DNA from: an uncultured Candidatus Saccharibacteria bacterium | GTDB taxonomy: Bacteria; Patescibacteriota; Minisyncoccia; Phycocordibacterales; PALSA-1337 | NCBI GenBank assembly: GCA_964441635.1 | Contig: CAYTUZ010000001.1 | Coordinates: 1 to 34,327 of the forward strand | Direction of reading: 5' to 3' | Length of the DNA stretch: 34,327 nucleotides | Shown: positions 25,804 to 34,273 of the stretch, in pieces | How the letters are laid out: each line of letters begins with the position of its first letter | Numbering within the stretch: position 1 is the stretch's first letter | Position numbers and translations under genes: made by a program | The notes under the pieces: model-generated | The model's database searches: none | Seen by the model: only the letters and a program-made list of their open reading frames with translations | Told to the model about the DNA's origin: nothing

Positions 25804-27075
25804 ATACTTCACATAGATGGAGACTCCTTTTTTGCTTCTTGCGAAGTCGCAAAGAATCCCGCACTCAAAGGCAAACCGGTAGTTACGGGCAAAGAAAGAG
25901 GCATTGCTTCATCCATGAGCTATGAAGCCAAAGCACGCGGCGTAAAGCGGGCGATGAGATTGTCGGAGATAAAGAGAATATGTCCGGATGTCATTATTTT
26001 GCCTTCGGACTACGAGACTTACAGCCTGTATTCAAAGAGAATGTACGAGATCGTACGGCGTTATACCGAAGCAGTCGAAGAATATTCCATAGATGAATGC
26101 TTTGCTGACCTTACCGGCATGAGGCGGCCAAATAACATGTCTTATGAAGACATGGCGGTGAAGATCCAGCATGAACTCGTTACGGAGCTCGGCATGACAT
26201 TTTCGGTCGGCCTGTCGGTAAACAAGGTCATTGCCAAACTTGCTTCCAAATGGCGGAAACCTGACGGACTCACCATAATTCCCGGTAAAGATATTCATTT
26301 ATATTTATCGAAGTTGCCGGTAGGGAAAATCTGGGGCATTGGTCCGAATACTTCCGCTTATTTGAATAAGCAAGGAATCCAAAGCGCTCTAGACTTTGCT
26401 GTAAAAGATGTGGAGTGGGTCAAAGGGCATGTTTCAAAACCATTTCAGGAAATTCATGCCGAACTCAATGGTAATTTTGTTTACGAATTAACTCTTGGTG
26501 AAAAACATGACTACGCTTCGGTGAGCAAGACCAGGACTTTTACTCCACCTTCGATGGACAAGGAATTTATCTTCTCCCAGCTTTCAAAGAATATCGAGAA
26601 TGCCTGCATCAAGCTCCGCCGGCACGACTTATTCACCCGGCGCGTGGCATTTTTCCTGAAAACACAGGAGTTCCGCTATCAGGGATTGGAAATAAAACTG
26701 CCCCAAGGCGTCTCTGTGCCGCAAGAAATCATTGCTGCTATTCGAGAAAAATTCCATATCGTTTACCAGCCCAAAGTCTTGTACCGCGCGACCGGCATCG
26801 TGCTTATGGATCTTTCTCATGAGAATGCGGAAACAATCGACTTATTTGGTAATTCTGAGCGCATCGAAAAAGTCCACAAGATATTGAAAGCTATGGATGA
26901 TATCGATATGCGCTATGGCAAGCATACGGTCTTTCTCGGTTCCTCATTAAAGGCTGTGAATGAACCAGCACATCAAAATGGCAGAGGCGAAGAATCTGAA
27001 CGCAGAAAAAATTTGCTAAAAGGTGAGTCGGGGAGAAAAAGGATCGCTTTGCCATTCATGGGAAAGGTCTCTTGA
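25804..27075 (+). CDS. Y-family DNA polymerase (UmuC/Pol IV-like); start codon unresolved
   Basis: The conserved ILHIDGDSFFASCE...GKPVVT...YSIDECFADLTG is in frame from 25762. The first ATG is only at 25915. ATA at 25804 is taken as a provisional start. Confidence 0.75.
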   Translation: MLHIDGDSFFASCEVAKNPALKGKPVVTGKERGIASSMSYEAKARGVKRAMRLSEIKRICPDVIILPSDYETYSLYSKRMYEIVRRYTEAVEEYSIDECFADLTGMRRPNNMSYEDMAVKIQHELVTELGMTFSVGLSVNKVIAKLASKWRKPDGLTIIPGKDIHLYLSKLPVGKIWGIGPNTSAYLNKQGIQSALDFAVKDVEWVKGHVSKPFQEIHAELNGNFVYELTLGEKHDYASVSKTRTFTPPSMDKEFIFSQLSKNIENACIKLRRHDLFTRRVAFFLKTQEFRYQGLEIKLPQGVSVPQEIIAAIREKFHIVYQPKVLYRATGIVLMDLSHENAETIDLFGNSERIEKVHKILKAMDDIDMRYGKHTVFLGSSLKAVNEPAHQNGRGEESERRKNLLKGESGRKRIALPFMGKVS

Positions 27076-27131
27076 ATTCCTGCCAACTTTCTGCTATGAT
27101 TTTGCGCATATTAGCCCTAAAGCATACGTAC

Positions 27132-27599
27132 ATGTCCAACGAAACTCAATACCTCACGAGCGAAAAATTCGCCGAATTAAATAAGGAACTAGATCATTTG
27201 AAAACTGAACGCCGCAAAGAAGTCGCGGAACAGTTGGAATATTCCAAGAAATTGGGCGATTTGTCGGAAAATGCTGAATATCACCAAGCCCGCGAAGAAC
27301 AAGCGGAAGTCGAGGATCGCATCAGCCGCCTCGAGCAGTTGCTAAAGAAAGCAGTCATCGCGGAGAAAACTAGCGGCGAAATCGTGGCTGTCGGCACCAC
27401 TTTGCGTCTTCAAAAGGAAGGTGATAATAAGTCATATCTATACACGATTGTCGGATCAGAAGAAGCAGATATGTCGCAAGGAAAGATTTCCAACTTGTCT
27501 CCTTTGGGTTCAGCACTTCTCGGCAGGAAACAGGGCGATACAGTTAGTGTACAAACACCCAAAGGCACGATTACCTATACGGTTGTGATTATAAAATAA
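27132..27599 (+). CDS. greA: transcription elongation factor GreA
   Basis: LTSEKFAELNKELDHLK...LGDLSENAEYHQAREEQ coiled-coil finger, plus a C-terminal globular domain. Confidence 0.9.
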   Translation: MSNETQYLTSEKFAELNKELDHLKTERRKEVAEQLEYSKKLGDLSENAEYHQAREEQAEVEDRISRLEQLLKKAVIAEKTSGEIVAVGTTLRLQKEGDNKSYLYTIVGSEEADMSQGKISNLSPLGSALLGRKQGDTVSVQTPKGTITYTVVIIK

Positions 27600-27602
27600 T
27601 CT

Positions 27603-29060
27603 ATGGCATCACTCGAAGAACTAAAACAAACTCGGTTTCAAAAATTGGAGCTTTTGAAAAAGGCCGGCATGGAGGCGTATCCGGAAAGCGTGCCGAGAGA
27701 TTGTTCTTTGGCAGAAGCGAGGAATAAATTTGCTGAACTGGAAAAAAGTCAGAAGACTACGAGTCTTGCTGGCCGTATCATGGCTATTCGCGGCCAAGGT
27801 GCTATTTTGTTTATTGTTCTCGATGACGGTACAGCGACATTTCAAGCTGTGGTAAAAAAGGACACTTTGAAGCCAGAACTTTTTTCCTTACTACAAGATG
27901 CTGTTGATATTGGCGATATTATAAGTGTTAGCGGCACATTTTTTACCACGCAAAAAGGCGAACAAAGCGTTCTTCTCACTTCTTGGACAATGGCAGCAAA
28001 ATCACTTTTGCCATTGCCGGAAAAGTGGCATGGCCTCGCCGACCCGGACGAAAAATTCCGGAAAAGGTATTTGGATTTCATCATGGAGCCGAGCATGAAA
28101 GAACTTTTTGTGAAGAAAGCCAAGTTTTGGCAAGTTACTAGGAAGTTTCTGGAAGAAAAAGGTTTTCTTGAAGTGGAAACACCAACTCTAGAAACCACAA
28201 CTGGCGGTGCCGAGGCTACGCCTTTCAAAACTCATCACCAAGATTATGATCTAGACGTATATCTACGTATTTCTGTTGGCGAGCTCTGGCAAAAGAGGCT
28301 CATTGCCGCGGGTTTCCCAAAGACGTTTGAGATTGGGCGCATTTACCGGAATGAAGGTTCGAGTCCAGACCATGTGCAGGAATTTACCAATATGGAATTT
28401 TATTGGGCTTATGCGAACTATGAAGATGGCATGAAGCTTGTCATGGAGCTCTATAGAACTTTGGCCAAAGAAATATTTGGCACAACGAAGTTCAATGTGA
28501 GAGGCCACTCTTTTGACCTTGCATCGGATTGGGCCAAAATCGATTATTCGGAGGAAATAAAAAAGCAGACTAGCGTTGATATCAAAGATGCATCTGATAA
28601 TGAAATAAAGAAGAAGCTTGAGGAATTGAAGGTGACATATGATGGAACAAATCGCGAAAGGTTGATTGATACTATCTGGAAATATTGTCGCAAGAACATT
28701 TCTGGGCCGGCATTTCTGGTAAATCATCCGATAATCGTCGCGCCACTGGCCAAGAATCTGCCTGCCAACAAATCCGTTGTCGAGATGTTCCAGCCGATTA
28801 TTGCTGGCAGTGAAGTCGGCCGAGGCTATTCCGAATTGAATGACCCGCTGGACCAGCGAAAGCGGTTTGAGGAACAACAAAAAATGATCGATGCCGGAGA
28901 CGAGGAGGCTATGATGCCGGACTGGGAATTTGTCGAAATGTTGGAACATGCGATGCCGCCAACTTGCGGCTTTGGCTTCGGCGAACGGCTTTTCGCCATT
29001 CTCGCGGACAAACCCTTGCGCGAAACTCAACTATTTCCGCTAATGAAGCCCAAAAATTAG
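27603..29060 (+). CDS. lysS: lysyl-tRNA synthetase, class II
   Basis: OB-fold N-domain, RKRYLD, FEIGRIYRNEG (motif 2 region) and GFGFGERL (motif 3 region). Confidence 0.92.
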   Translation: MASLEELKQTRFQKLELLKKAGMEAYPESVPRDCSLAEARNKFAELEKSQKTTSLAGRIMAIRGQGAILFIVLDDGTATFQAVVKKDTLKPELFSLLQDAVDIGDIISVSGTFFTTQKGEQSVLLTSWTMAAKSLLPLPEKWHGLADPDEKFRKRYLDFIMEPSMKELFVKKAKFWQVTRKFLEEKGFLEVETPTLETTTGGAEATPFKTHHQDYDLDVYLRISVGELWQKRLIAAGFPKTFEIGRIYRNEGSSPDHVQEFTNMEFYWAYANYEDGMKLVMELYRTLAKEIFGTTKFNVRGHSFDLASDWAKIDYSEEIKKQTSVDIKDASDNEIKKKLEELKVTYDGTNRERLIDTIWKYCRKNISGPAFLVNHPIIVAPLAKNLPANKSVVEMFQPIIAGSEVGRGYSELNDPLDQRKRFEEQQKMIDAGDEEAMMPDWEFVEMLEHAMPPTCGFGFGERLFAILADKPLRETQLFPLMKPKN

Positions 29061-29126
29061 AATATAGAATTTAGAATTTTGAATTTAGAACCAAAAAAGC
29101 AATTTAGCTCGTAAGAATGTTGTCCA

Positions 29127-29247
29127 TTCCAGAAAGAAGGAAGGTGTGCGCATAATTGTACAAACGAATATCATTTTCTGGCTATACAATGCTCACCACC
29201 GTCATTCGGATTGTACAATTATGCGCACACCTTCCTTCTTTCTGGAA
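29127..29247. repeat. 37-bp perfect inverted repeat with a 47-nt spacer
   Basis: TTCCAGAAAGAAGGAAGGTGTGCGCATAATTGTACAA (29127-29163) is the exact reverse complement of 29211-29247. Confidence 0.95.
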
Positions 29248-29290
29248 AGTCTTTTCAAGCCATTGAACCATAAAGAATGTACAGAATAAT

Positions 29291-29319
29291 TTGCCAGCTT
29301 TTAATTATTGTAATATAAT
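29291..29319 (+). promoter_or_regulatory. near-consensus promoter TTGCCA-17-TATAAT, placing the transcription start at or next to the clpB ATG
   Basis: The hexamers were read directly. The ATG at 29326 lies 6 nt after the -10, and no SD is present. Confidence 0.6.
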
Positions 29320-29325
29320 ACGACT

Positions 29326-32052
29326 ATGCCACCACTAGGAAAACTAACCACAAAAGCCCGCGAAGCCTTAAGGAGAGCCCACGAACTCGCCATTGAACGC
29401 GGCCAAAATCACGTCAATCCTGTGCATTTGCTCACAGCTTTGCTTCTGCAAGAGGAAAGTATGGTCAATTCCATTCTGGACAAGCTCGACGTCGATACCC
29501 AAATGCTCACAGATATTGCGCTTGAGCATATCGAATCTCCAGAAGGCTCCAACGTGCTTTCGCCTTCTTACCAGATCTACCTTACGCCTGACCTCGCACA
29601 AATTCTCGATAATTCCGTGCGCGTGGCCGCGGCGATGAAAGATGAATTTATTTCCACCGAACACCTCTTTCTCTCGATGTTCGATATTCCTTGCAGTGCG
29701 CGCGACATTCTGGCTCGTTTCAAGATCGAACGCGAGGCGGTCGGCCGCGTGATCGAGGAATTGAAAAGCAATCCGCCTTCAGAAGACAATCAGCCCAAAA
29801 AATTCCGCACACTCTACAAATATGCGCGCAGCCTAACCAAGCTTGCCCACGAAAACAAGCTCGATCCGGTCATTGGCCGCGATGCGGAGATTATGCGCAT
29901 TATCCAGATCCTTTCGCGAAGGACCAAAAACAATCCCATCCTGATCGGCGAAGCTGGTGTGGGCAAGACCGCCATCGCCGAAGGCTTGGCGCTCCGCATG
30001 GCGCAAGGTGATGTGCCAGAATCTTTGAAAGACAAAGAACTCATATCACTCGACTTGGGCTCGCTCATTGCTGGCACCAAGTATCGCGGCGAATTCGAGG
30101 AAAGGCTAAAAAATATCTTGAAAGAATTGGAACGTTCCGAGGGTAAAATAATTCTTTTTATAGATGAGATTCATACTCTGGTCGGCGCAGGCGCGGCCGA
30201 AGGCTCTATGGATGCGTCCAATATGCTCAAACCCGCTTTGTCGCGCGGCGAACTGCGTGCCATCGGCGCGACCACGATCAAGGAATATCAGAAATACATC
30301 GAGAAGGATCCTGCACTGACGAGGCGTTTCCAGCCGGTGAATGTCGCCGAACCATCGAATGAAGACGCGATAGCCATTCTTCGTGGTCTGAAAGAAAAAT
30401 ATGAGCTTTATCACGGTGTGCGTATAACCGACGACGCCATCGTCGCCGCTGTTACGCTCGCCAGCCGCTATATCACCGATCGTTTTTTGCCGGACAAAGT
30501 CGTGGACCTCATCGACGAAGCGGCATCATCCTTGCGCATTTCGCTCGAAAATATGCCGCCAGAATTGGAAAATACGCGCAGAAAAATAATGCGTTTGGAG
30601 ATCGAACGCGAAGCTTTGAAAAAAGAAACCGATAAAACCGCCAAAGCGCGCATGGCCGCGATCGAAAAAGAAATCGCGGACTTGAAAGAGGGAACATCGG
30701 AGCTCGAGCTCAAATGGAAAAATGAAAAAGAAACTATTACTGACCTGAAAAAGATCAAGAAAGAACAAGAAGCATTGCGCATCGAAGCGGAAATGGCGGA
30801 AGCTCGCGCGGATCTAGCCAAAGCCGCGGAGATCCGCTACGGCAAACTTCCTGCTTTAGAAAAAGATTTGGATACAAAAAACAAGCGCTTGAAGAAGTTG
30901 CAGTCCTCACGCCGAATCTTGAAAGAAGAAATTACCGCCGAGGATATCGCTGGCGTGGTTTCGCGCTGGACCGGTATACCGGTGTCTCGAATGTTGGAGT
31001 CTGAAGCATCGAAATTGGTCAGAATGGAAGATGAATTGACCAAGCGGATCGTCGGCCAAGATGAAGCAGTGCGAAAAATCGCCGATACCATCCGCCGTTC
31101 GCGCGCAGGCATTTCCGACCCGGCTCGACCGATCGGATCGTTCATATTTTTAGGGCCAACCGGTGTGGGCAAGACTGAGCTCACCAAAGCGTTGGCGGAA
31201 TTCCTCTTCAATGACGAAAAATCGCTGATTCGTGTGGATATGTCGGAATTCATGGAAAAGCATTCTGTTTCGCGTATCATCGGCGCGCCGCCGGGCTATG
31301 TCGGCCATGACGAAGGCGGCAACCTCACCGAAACTGTGCGCCATCGGCCTTATTCTGTGATCTTGTTTGACGAGATCGAAAAAGCGCACCCGGAAGTATT
31401 CAACATTCTCTTGCAAGTTCTCGATAACGGTCGCCTGACGGATTCCAAAGGCCGAACTGTTAACTTCCGGAACACGGTCATTATTATGACTTCTAATATT
31501 GGCGCACAGCATATCGAAAAAATGGAGCGTATCGGTTTTGCTAGAGATACCAAAAATAGCGACAGAGATAACTATTCCGCGGCCAAAGAAAAAGTCATGG
31601 CTTCGCTCAAGGATTATTTCCGCCCGGAATTCCTGAACCGTATCGATGATGTGATCCTTTTCGACATTCTTAGTCCGGAAGCAATCAAGAAGATCGTGAC
31701 GATCCAAGTCGAAGAAGTCGTGAAGCGCCTCAAAGAAAAAGAAATCGATCTTATTCTCGCTCCGGAAGTCTTGGAATATCTCGCAAAGGAAGGCTACAAT
31801 CCGCAATACGGCGCGCGGCCCTTGCGCAGATTGATCCAGAGCAAGATCTTGACGCCGGTCGCCAAGCTCCTGATCGGCCAAGAAGTCGGCAAGGGCGGCA
31901 CGATCGCGGTCTCGATGCCGGTCGCCGTGACTCCAAAAAAGGATGAAGCAAAAAAAGAGGGGAGCGAAAACGCAGAATTTGTTTTTGAAGTCAGGAAAAA
32001 AAGGAAAGGCGAGAGCCCGATCATTTTGCCGGAAGTATTCTTGCAGAAATAG
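29326..32052 (+). CDS. clpB: ATP-dependent chaperone ClpB
   Basis: Clp N-domain. NBD1 is GEAGVGKT. Long coiled-coil M-domain. NBD2 is [15 protein letters not shown] sensor motif. 908 aa with a Lys-rich C-terminal tail. Confidence 0.93.
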   Translation: MPPLGKLTTKAREALRRAHELAIERGQNHVNPVHLLTALLLQEESMVNSILDKLDVDTQMLTDIALEHIESPEGSNVLSPSYQIYLTPDLAQILDNSVRVAAAMKDEFISTEHLFLSMFDIPCSARDILARFKIEREAVGRVIEELKSNPPSEDNQPKKFRTLYKYARSLTKLAHENKLDPVIGRDAEIMRIIQILSRRTKNNPILIGEAGVGKTAIAEGLALRMAQGDVPESLKDKELISLDLGSLIAGTKYRGEFEERLKNILKELERSEGKIILFIDEIHTLVGAGAAEGSMDASNMLKPALSRGELRAIGATTIKEYQKYIEKDPALTRRFQPVNVAEPSNEDAIAILRGLKEKYELYHGVRITDDAIVAAVTLASRYITDRFLPDKVVDLIDEAASSLRISLENMPPELENTRRKIMRLEIEREALKKETDKTAKARMAAIEKEIADLKEGTSELELKWKNEKETITDLKKIKKEQEALRIEAEMAEARADLAKAAEIRYGKLPALEKDLDTKNKRLKKLQSSRRILKEEITAEDIAGVVSRWTGIPVSRMLESEASKLVRMEDELTKRIVGQDEAVRKIADTIRRSRAGISDPARPIGSFIFLGPTGVGKTELTKALAEFLFNDEKSLIRVDMSEFMEKHSVSRIIGAPPGYVGHDEGGNLTETVRHRPYSVILFDEIEKAHPEVFNILLQVLDNGRLTDSKGRTVNFRNTVIIMTSNIGAQHIEKMERIGFARDTKNSDRDNYSAAKEKVMASLKDYFRPEFLNRIDDVILFDILSPEAIKKIVTIQVEEVVKRLKEKEIDLILAPEVLEYLAKEGYNPQYGARPLRRLIQSKILTPVAKLLIGQEVGKGGTIAVSMPVAVTPKKDEAKKEGSENAEFVFEVRKKRKGESPIILPEVFLQK

Positions 32053-32108
32053 GGCAGCTTGAGATTACCATAGGAACTGCTACACTTTGTAGCGGTTCCG
32101 TCAGGTAT

Positions 32109-32192
32109 GCGCAGGTGGCAGAGCGGTCAATTGCAATGGACTGTAAATCCATCGCCCTATGGGCTACGGGGGTTCAAATCCCTCCCTGCGCA
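32109..32192 (+). tRNA. tRNA-Tyr(GUA), type II with a long variable arm; CCA not encoded
   Basis: Acceptor GCGCAGG/CCTGCGC. Anticodon arm ATGGA-CTGTAAA-TCCAT. Variable stem GCCC/GGGC. T loop TTCAAAT. Discriminator A. Confidence 0.9.
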
Positions 32193-32278
32193 CAAAAAGG
32201 ACGAGCGAAGCGAGTACTTTTGCGCAGGAGGAAGACGCCTACGCGTCTTCCGTGAGGGATTTGAAAAGTCTGAGCATA

Positions 32279-32306
32279 TTTTTGAGGCGGCATTCTGCCT
32301 CAAAAA
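32279..32306. terminator. bidirectional-looking intrinsic terminator
   Basis: TTTTTGAGGC-N8-GCCTCAAAAA is a 10-bp stem including the flanking T and A runs. Confidence 0.6.
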
Positions 32307-32397
32307 TGCGAAGACTATACCGGTCCTGTAAGGACCAAATCCTGTGTCCTGTAAGGACCAAATCTCTGCGCAGATTTTAGATCAGAATCGCGCAAAG

Positions 32398-32426
32398 TTG
32401 ACATAAATCCCGCATCATTTTAATAT
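32398..32426 (+). promoter_or_regulatory. consensus-like promoter TTGACA-17-TAATAT for the 150-aa gene
   Basis: Hexamers read directly. It is followed by a leader of about 30 nt with AAGGAG at 32456-32461. Confidence 0.6.
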
Positions 32427-32465
32427 GAGTGTAAACCCAAACAGAACCTTCAAATAAGGAGTTTT

Positions 32466-32918
32466 ATGAATGATAAAGACACGTCGTGCGGTTACAGGCA
32501 GAAAAAATCTATCGGACTCTTGATGGTCGGACTCGCTATTTTATGCGTCCTTAGCGTATTCTTCGTTCTGGCCAGATCCTTCGACAAAAGTGTCAGTGCG
32601 GCGCAGTATCGCAATTTGAAAACAATGACGTGGGATCTTGAAAGGATCGATCGGGATTACACAGAGTGCAGCATGAAAGTTGCCGAGTTGGTGAAAAAGA
32701 ACCGTGGCAAAGGACTCTCGAACTGGCCTGCAAACGAAAAAAGCGAGCATGAATTCTTCGCGGAAGAGGTGGCTCGACTCAAGGAGGCTCACAATTCTAT
32801 CGCAACGAAGTACAACAATGAGATGGCCAAAACCAACTGGCGCTTCACGAATTTTCATTATATTCCTGAAGGCGTTGAAAATCGACCACTGCCTCGGGCA
32901 TTCAAGCAGCTACCTTGA
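32466..32918 (+). CDS. hypothetical membrane-anchored protein (150 aa)
   Basis: Strong SD and promoter. One N-terminal TM helix (IGLLMVGLAILCVLSVFFVLA). No recognised domain. Confidence 0.6.
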   Translation: MNDKDTSCGYRQKKSIGLLMVGLAILCVLSVFFVLARSFDKSVSAAQYRNLKTMTWDLERIDRDYTECSMKVAELVKKNRGKGLSNWPANEKSEHEFFAEEVARLKEAHNSIATKYNNEMAKTNWRFTNFHYIPEGVENRPLPRAFKQLP

Positions 32919-32978
32919 TGAGTGGCTAAAAGCTTACAGAAAAGACAATTCCTAACGCATTGTTGGTGCCATAGATGC

Positions 32979-33012
32979 AAAGAGTGAAGACCCTGTCTTT
33001 CACTCTTTTTTT
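32979..33012. terminator. intrinsic terminator between convergent genes
   Basis: AAAGAGTGAA-N10-TTCACTCTTT followed by TTTT. Confidence 0.7.
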
Positions 33013-33027
33013 ATAACTATAACCAAT

Positions 33028-34272
33028 TTATTCCACCACAACCCGTTTCAAATGCGCTGGAATTTTGACCGCGCTTTCGTGAGCGATCGTGCCGCAAAGT
33101 GTCGCGATATTTTCTAGGGAGTTTGGGTCGTTCTTGTAGTTACTGATAACGATAACTTCCATGCCAATTTCGGGATTTGCCACATGGGAAATATCGATTG
33201 AGGCGATATTCATGCTCACGCGGCCAATAATGGGACAAGGTATTCGTTCTGGTCCCACCAAAACAGTTCCGCGGTTCGAAAGCCGACGGTCCAGTCCTTC
33301 ATAGTAACCGACAGGTATAGTGGCGACCATCATATTTCTGTCGGCCGCGAATGTATTGCTGTAGCCAACAGTTTCGCCAATCTCTAATTTTTTTGTGCTG
33401 GTCAGGATCGTTTTCATTTCCATAACCGGTTGTAGGTCCAATTCCGGCTGGAATGAACTGCCGTTGATCAAACCGTACATGCCAATGCCGAGCCGCGAAA
33501 CATTGGCGTCGATATCGGTTGTAAATCGGTGACCATCGGTATTACTTAGATGTAAATATTTCAAATGCGGGAATGCTGACCTAAATTGCTTGGTGACTCG
33601 ATTCCAAACCGTGACTTGGCTTTCAGTAAAAGACGAGTCAATATTATCGGCGTCGGAGAGGTGAGAACAGATGCCCTCAAGTTGCAATAGTTCATCTTTT
33701 TGGATGATTTCGATGGCTTGCGTAACTTCGTGGGGCAAAATGCCTTGGCGCCGCATGCCAGTATCGATTTTAATATGAATTTTATGCCGCTTGGGAAAAA
33801 GCGAAGTCAAAAAAGAAACTTTTCCTTGGCAAAAATATTCTGACCAATGCGGCATTTCCAGTTCGGAAAGTTGGCGCAGAGCTTCGAGACTGGTTATGGT
33901 AAAGCTGGTATCTTTTAGCCGAGCGCGCGCGATAGTCGAAGGCGGCGTGTAACCGATAACCAAAATAGGCGTGCGGATCCCATTGCTGCGAAGAGCGATT
34001 GCCTCGAAATAAGAATCAACGACCATGAATGGAATGCTGGCGGCAACACTTGTCATATCACGCTGATTTTTCTCATGTTCCAATATTCTGGCAATCTCGA
34101 TAAGTCCGTGACCGTAAGAGTTACTTTTTAGAACCGGCGCAATCTTGCGGTTCGGCGCTAGTTTTCCAAATTCATTCAAGTTGTGAATGATTCGGCGCCT
34201 CGAGATGTGAACCACGATCAAAGGTTCATAAGGGAAGCGTGCTTTGGAAAGGCGAGTCAAAAAATCTTTCAT
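33028..34272 (-). CDS. alr: alanine racemase
   Basis: PLP-lysine motif APVLKSNSYGHGL. C-terminal beta domain with GYYEG and SMN-type blocks. 414 aa. Confidence 0.88.
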   Translation of the reverse strand: MKDFLTRLSKARFPYEPLIVVHISRRRIIHNLNEFGKLAPNRKIAPVLKSNSYGHGLIEIARILEHEKNQRDMTSVAASIPFMVVDSYFEAIALRSNGIRTPILVIGYTPPSTIARARLKDTSFTITSLEALRQLSELEMPHWSEYFCQGKVSFLTSLFPKRHKIHIKIDTGMRRQGILPHEVTQAIEIIQKDELLQLEGICSHLSDADNIDSSFTESQVTVWNRVTKQFRSAFPHLKYLHLSNTDGHRFTTDIDANVSRLGIGMYGLINGSSFQPELDLQPVMEMKTILTSTKKLEIGETVGYSNTFAADRNMMVATIPVGYYEGLDRRLSNRGTVLVGPERIPCPIIGRVSMNIASIDISHVANPEIGMEVIVISNYKNDPNSLENIATLCGTIAHESAVKIPAHLKRVVVE

Positions 34273-34273
34273 G

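Noticed and set aside
25915-25917. The ATG at 25915 as the true start of the Y-family polymerase, as the ORF track gives it.
   Set aside because: It would remove the in-frame, clearly conserved HIDGDSFFASCE catalytic segment encoded immediately upstream. The issue is kept as a finding rather than accepted as the start.
29113-29280. The 8-nt direct repeat AAGAATGT (29113-29120 and 29273-29280) as a target-site duplication flanking the 37-bp inverted repeat.
   Set aside because: The repeats are not adjacent to the inverted-repeat termini (6 nt and 25 nt away), and an 8-mer match in AT-rich sequence is weak evidence.
29311-29323. TAATACGACT is identical to the first 10 nt of the phage T7 promoter.
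   Set aside because: The match stops before the essential CACTATAG part. It is better explained as a TATAAT -10 plus the clpB initiation region, so the resemblance is taken as coincidental.
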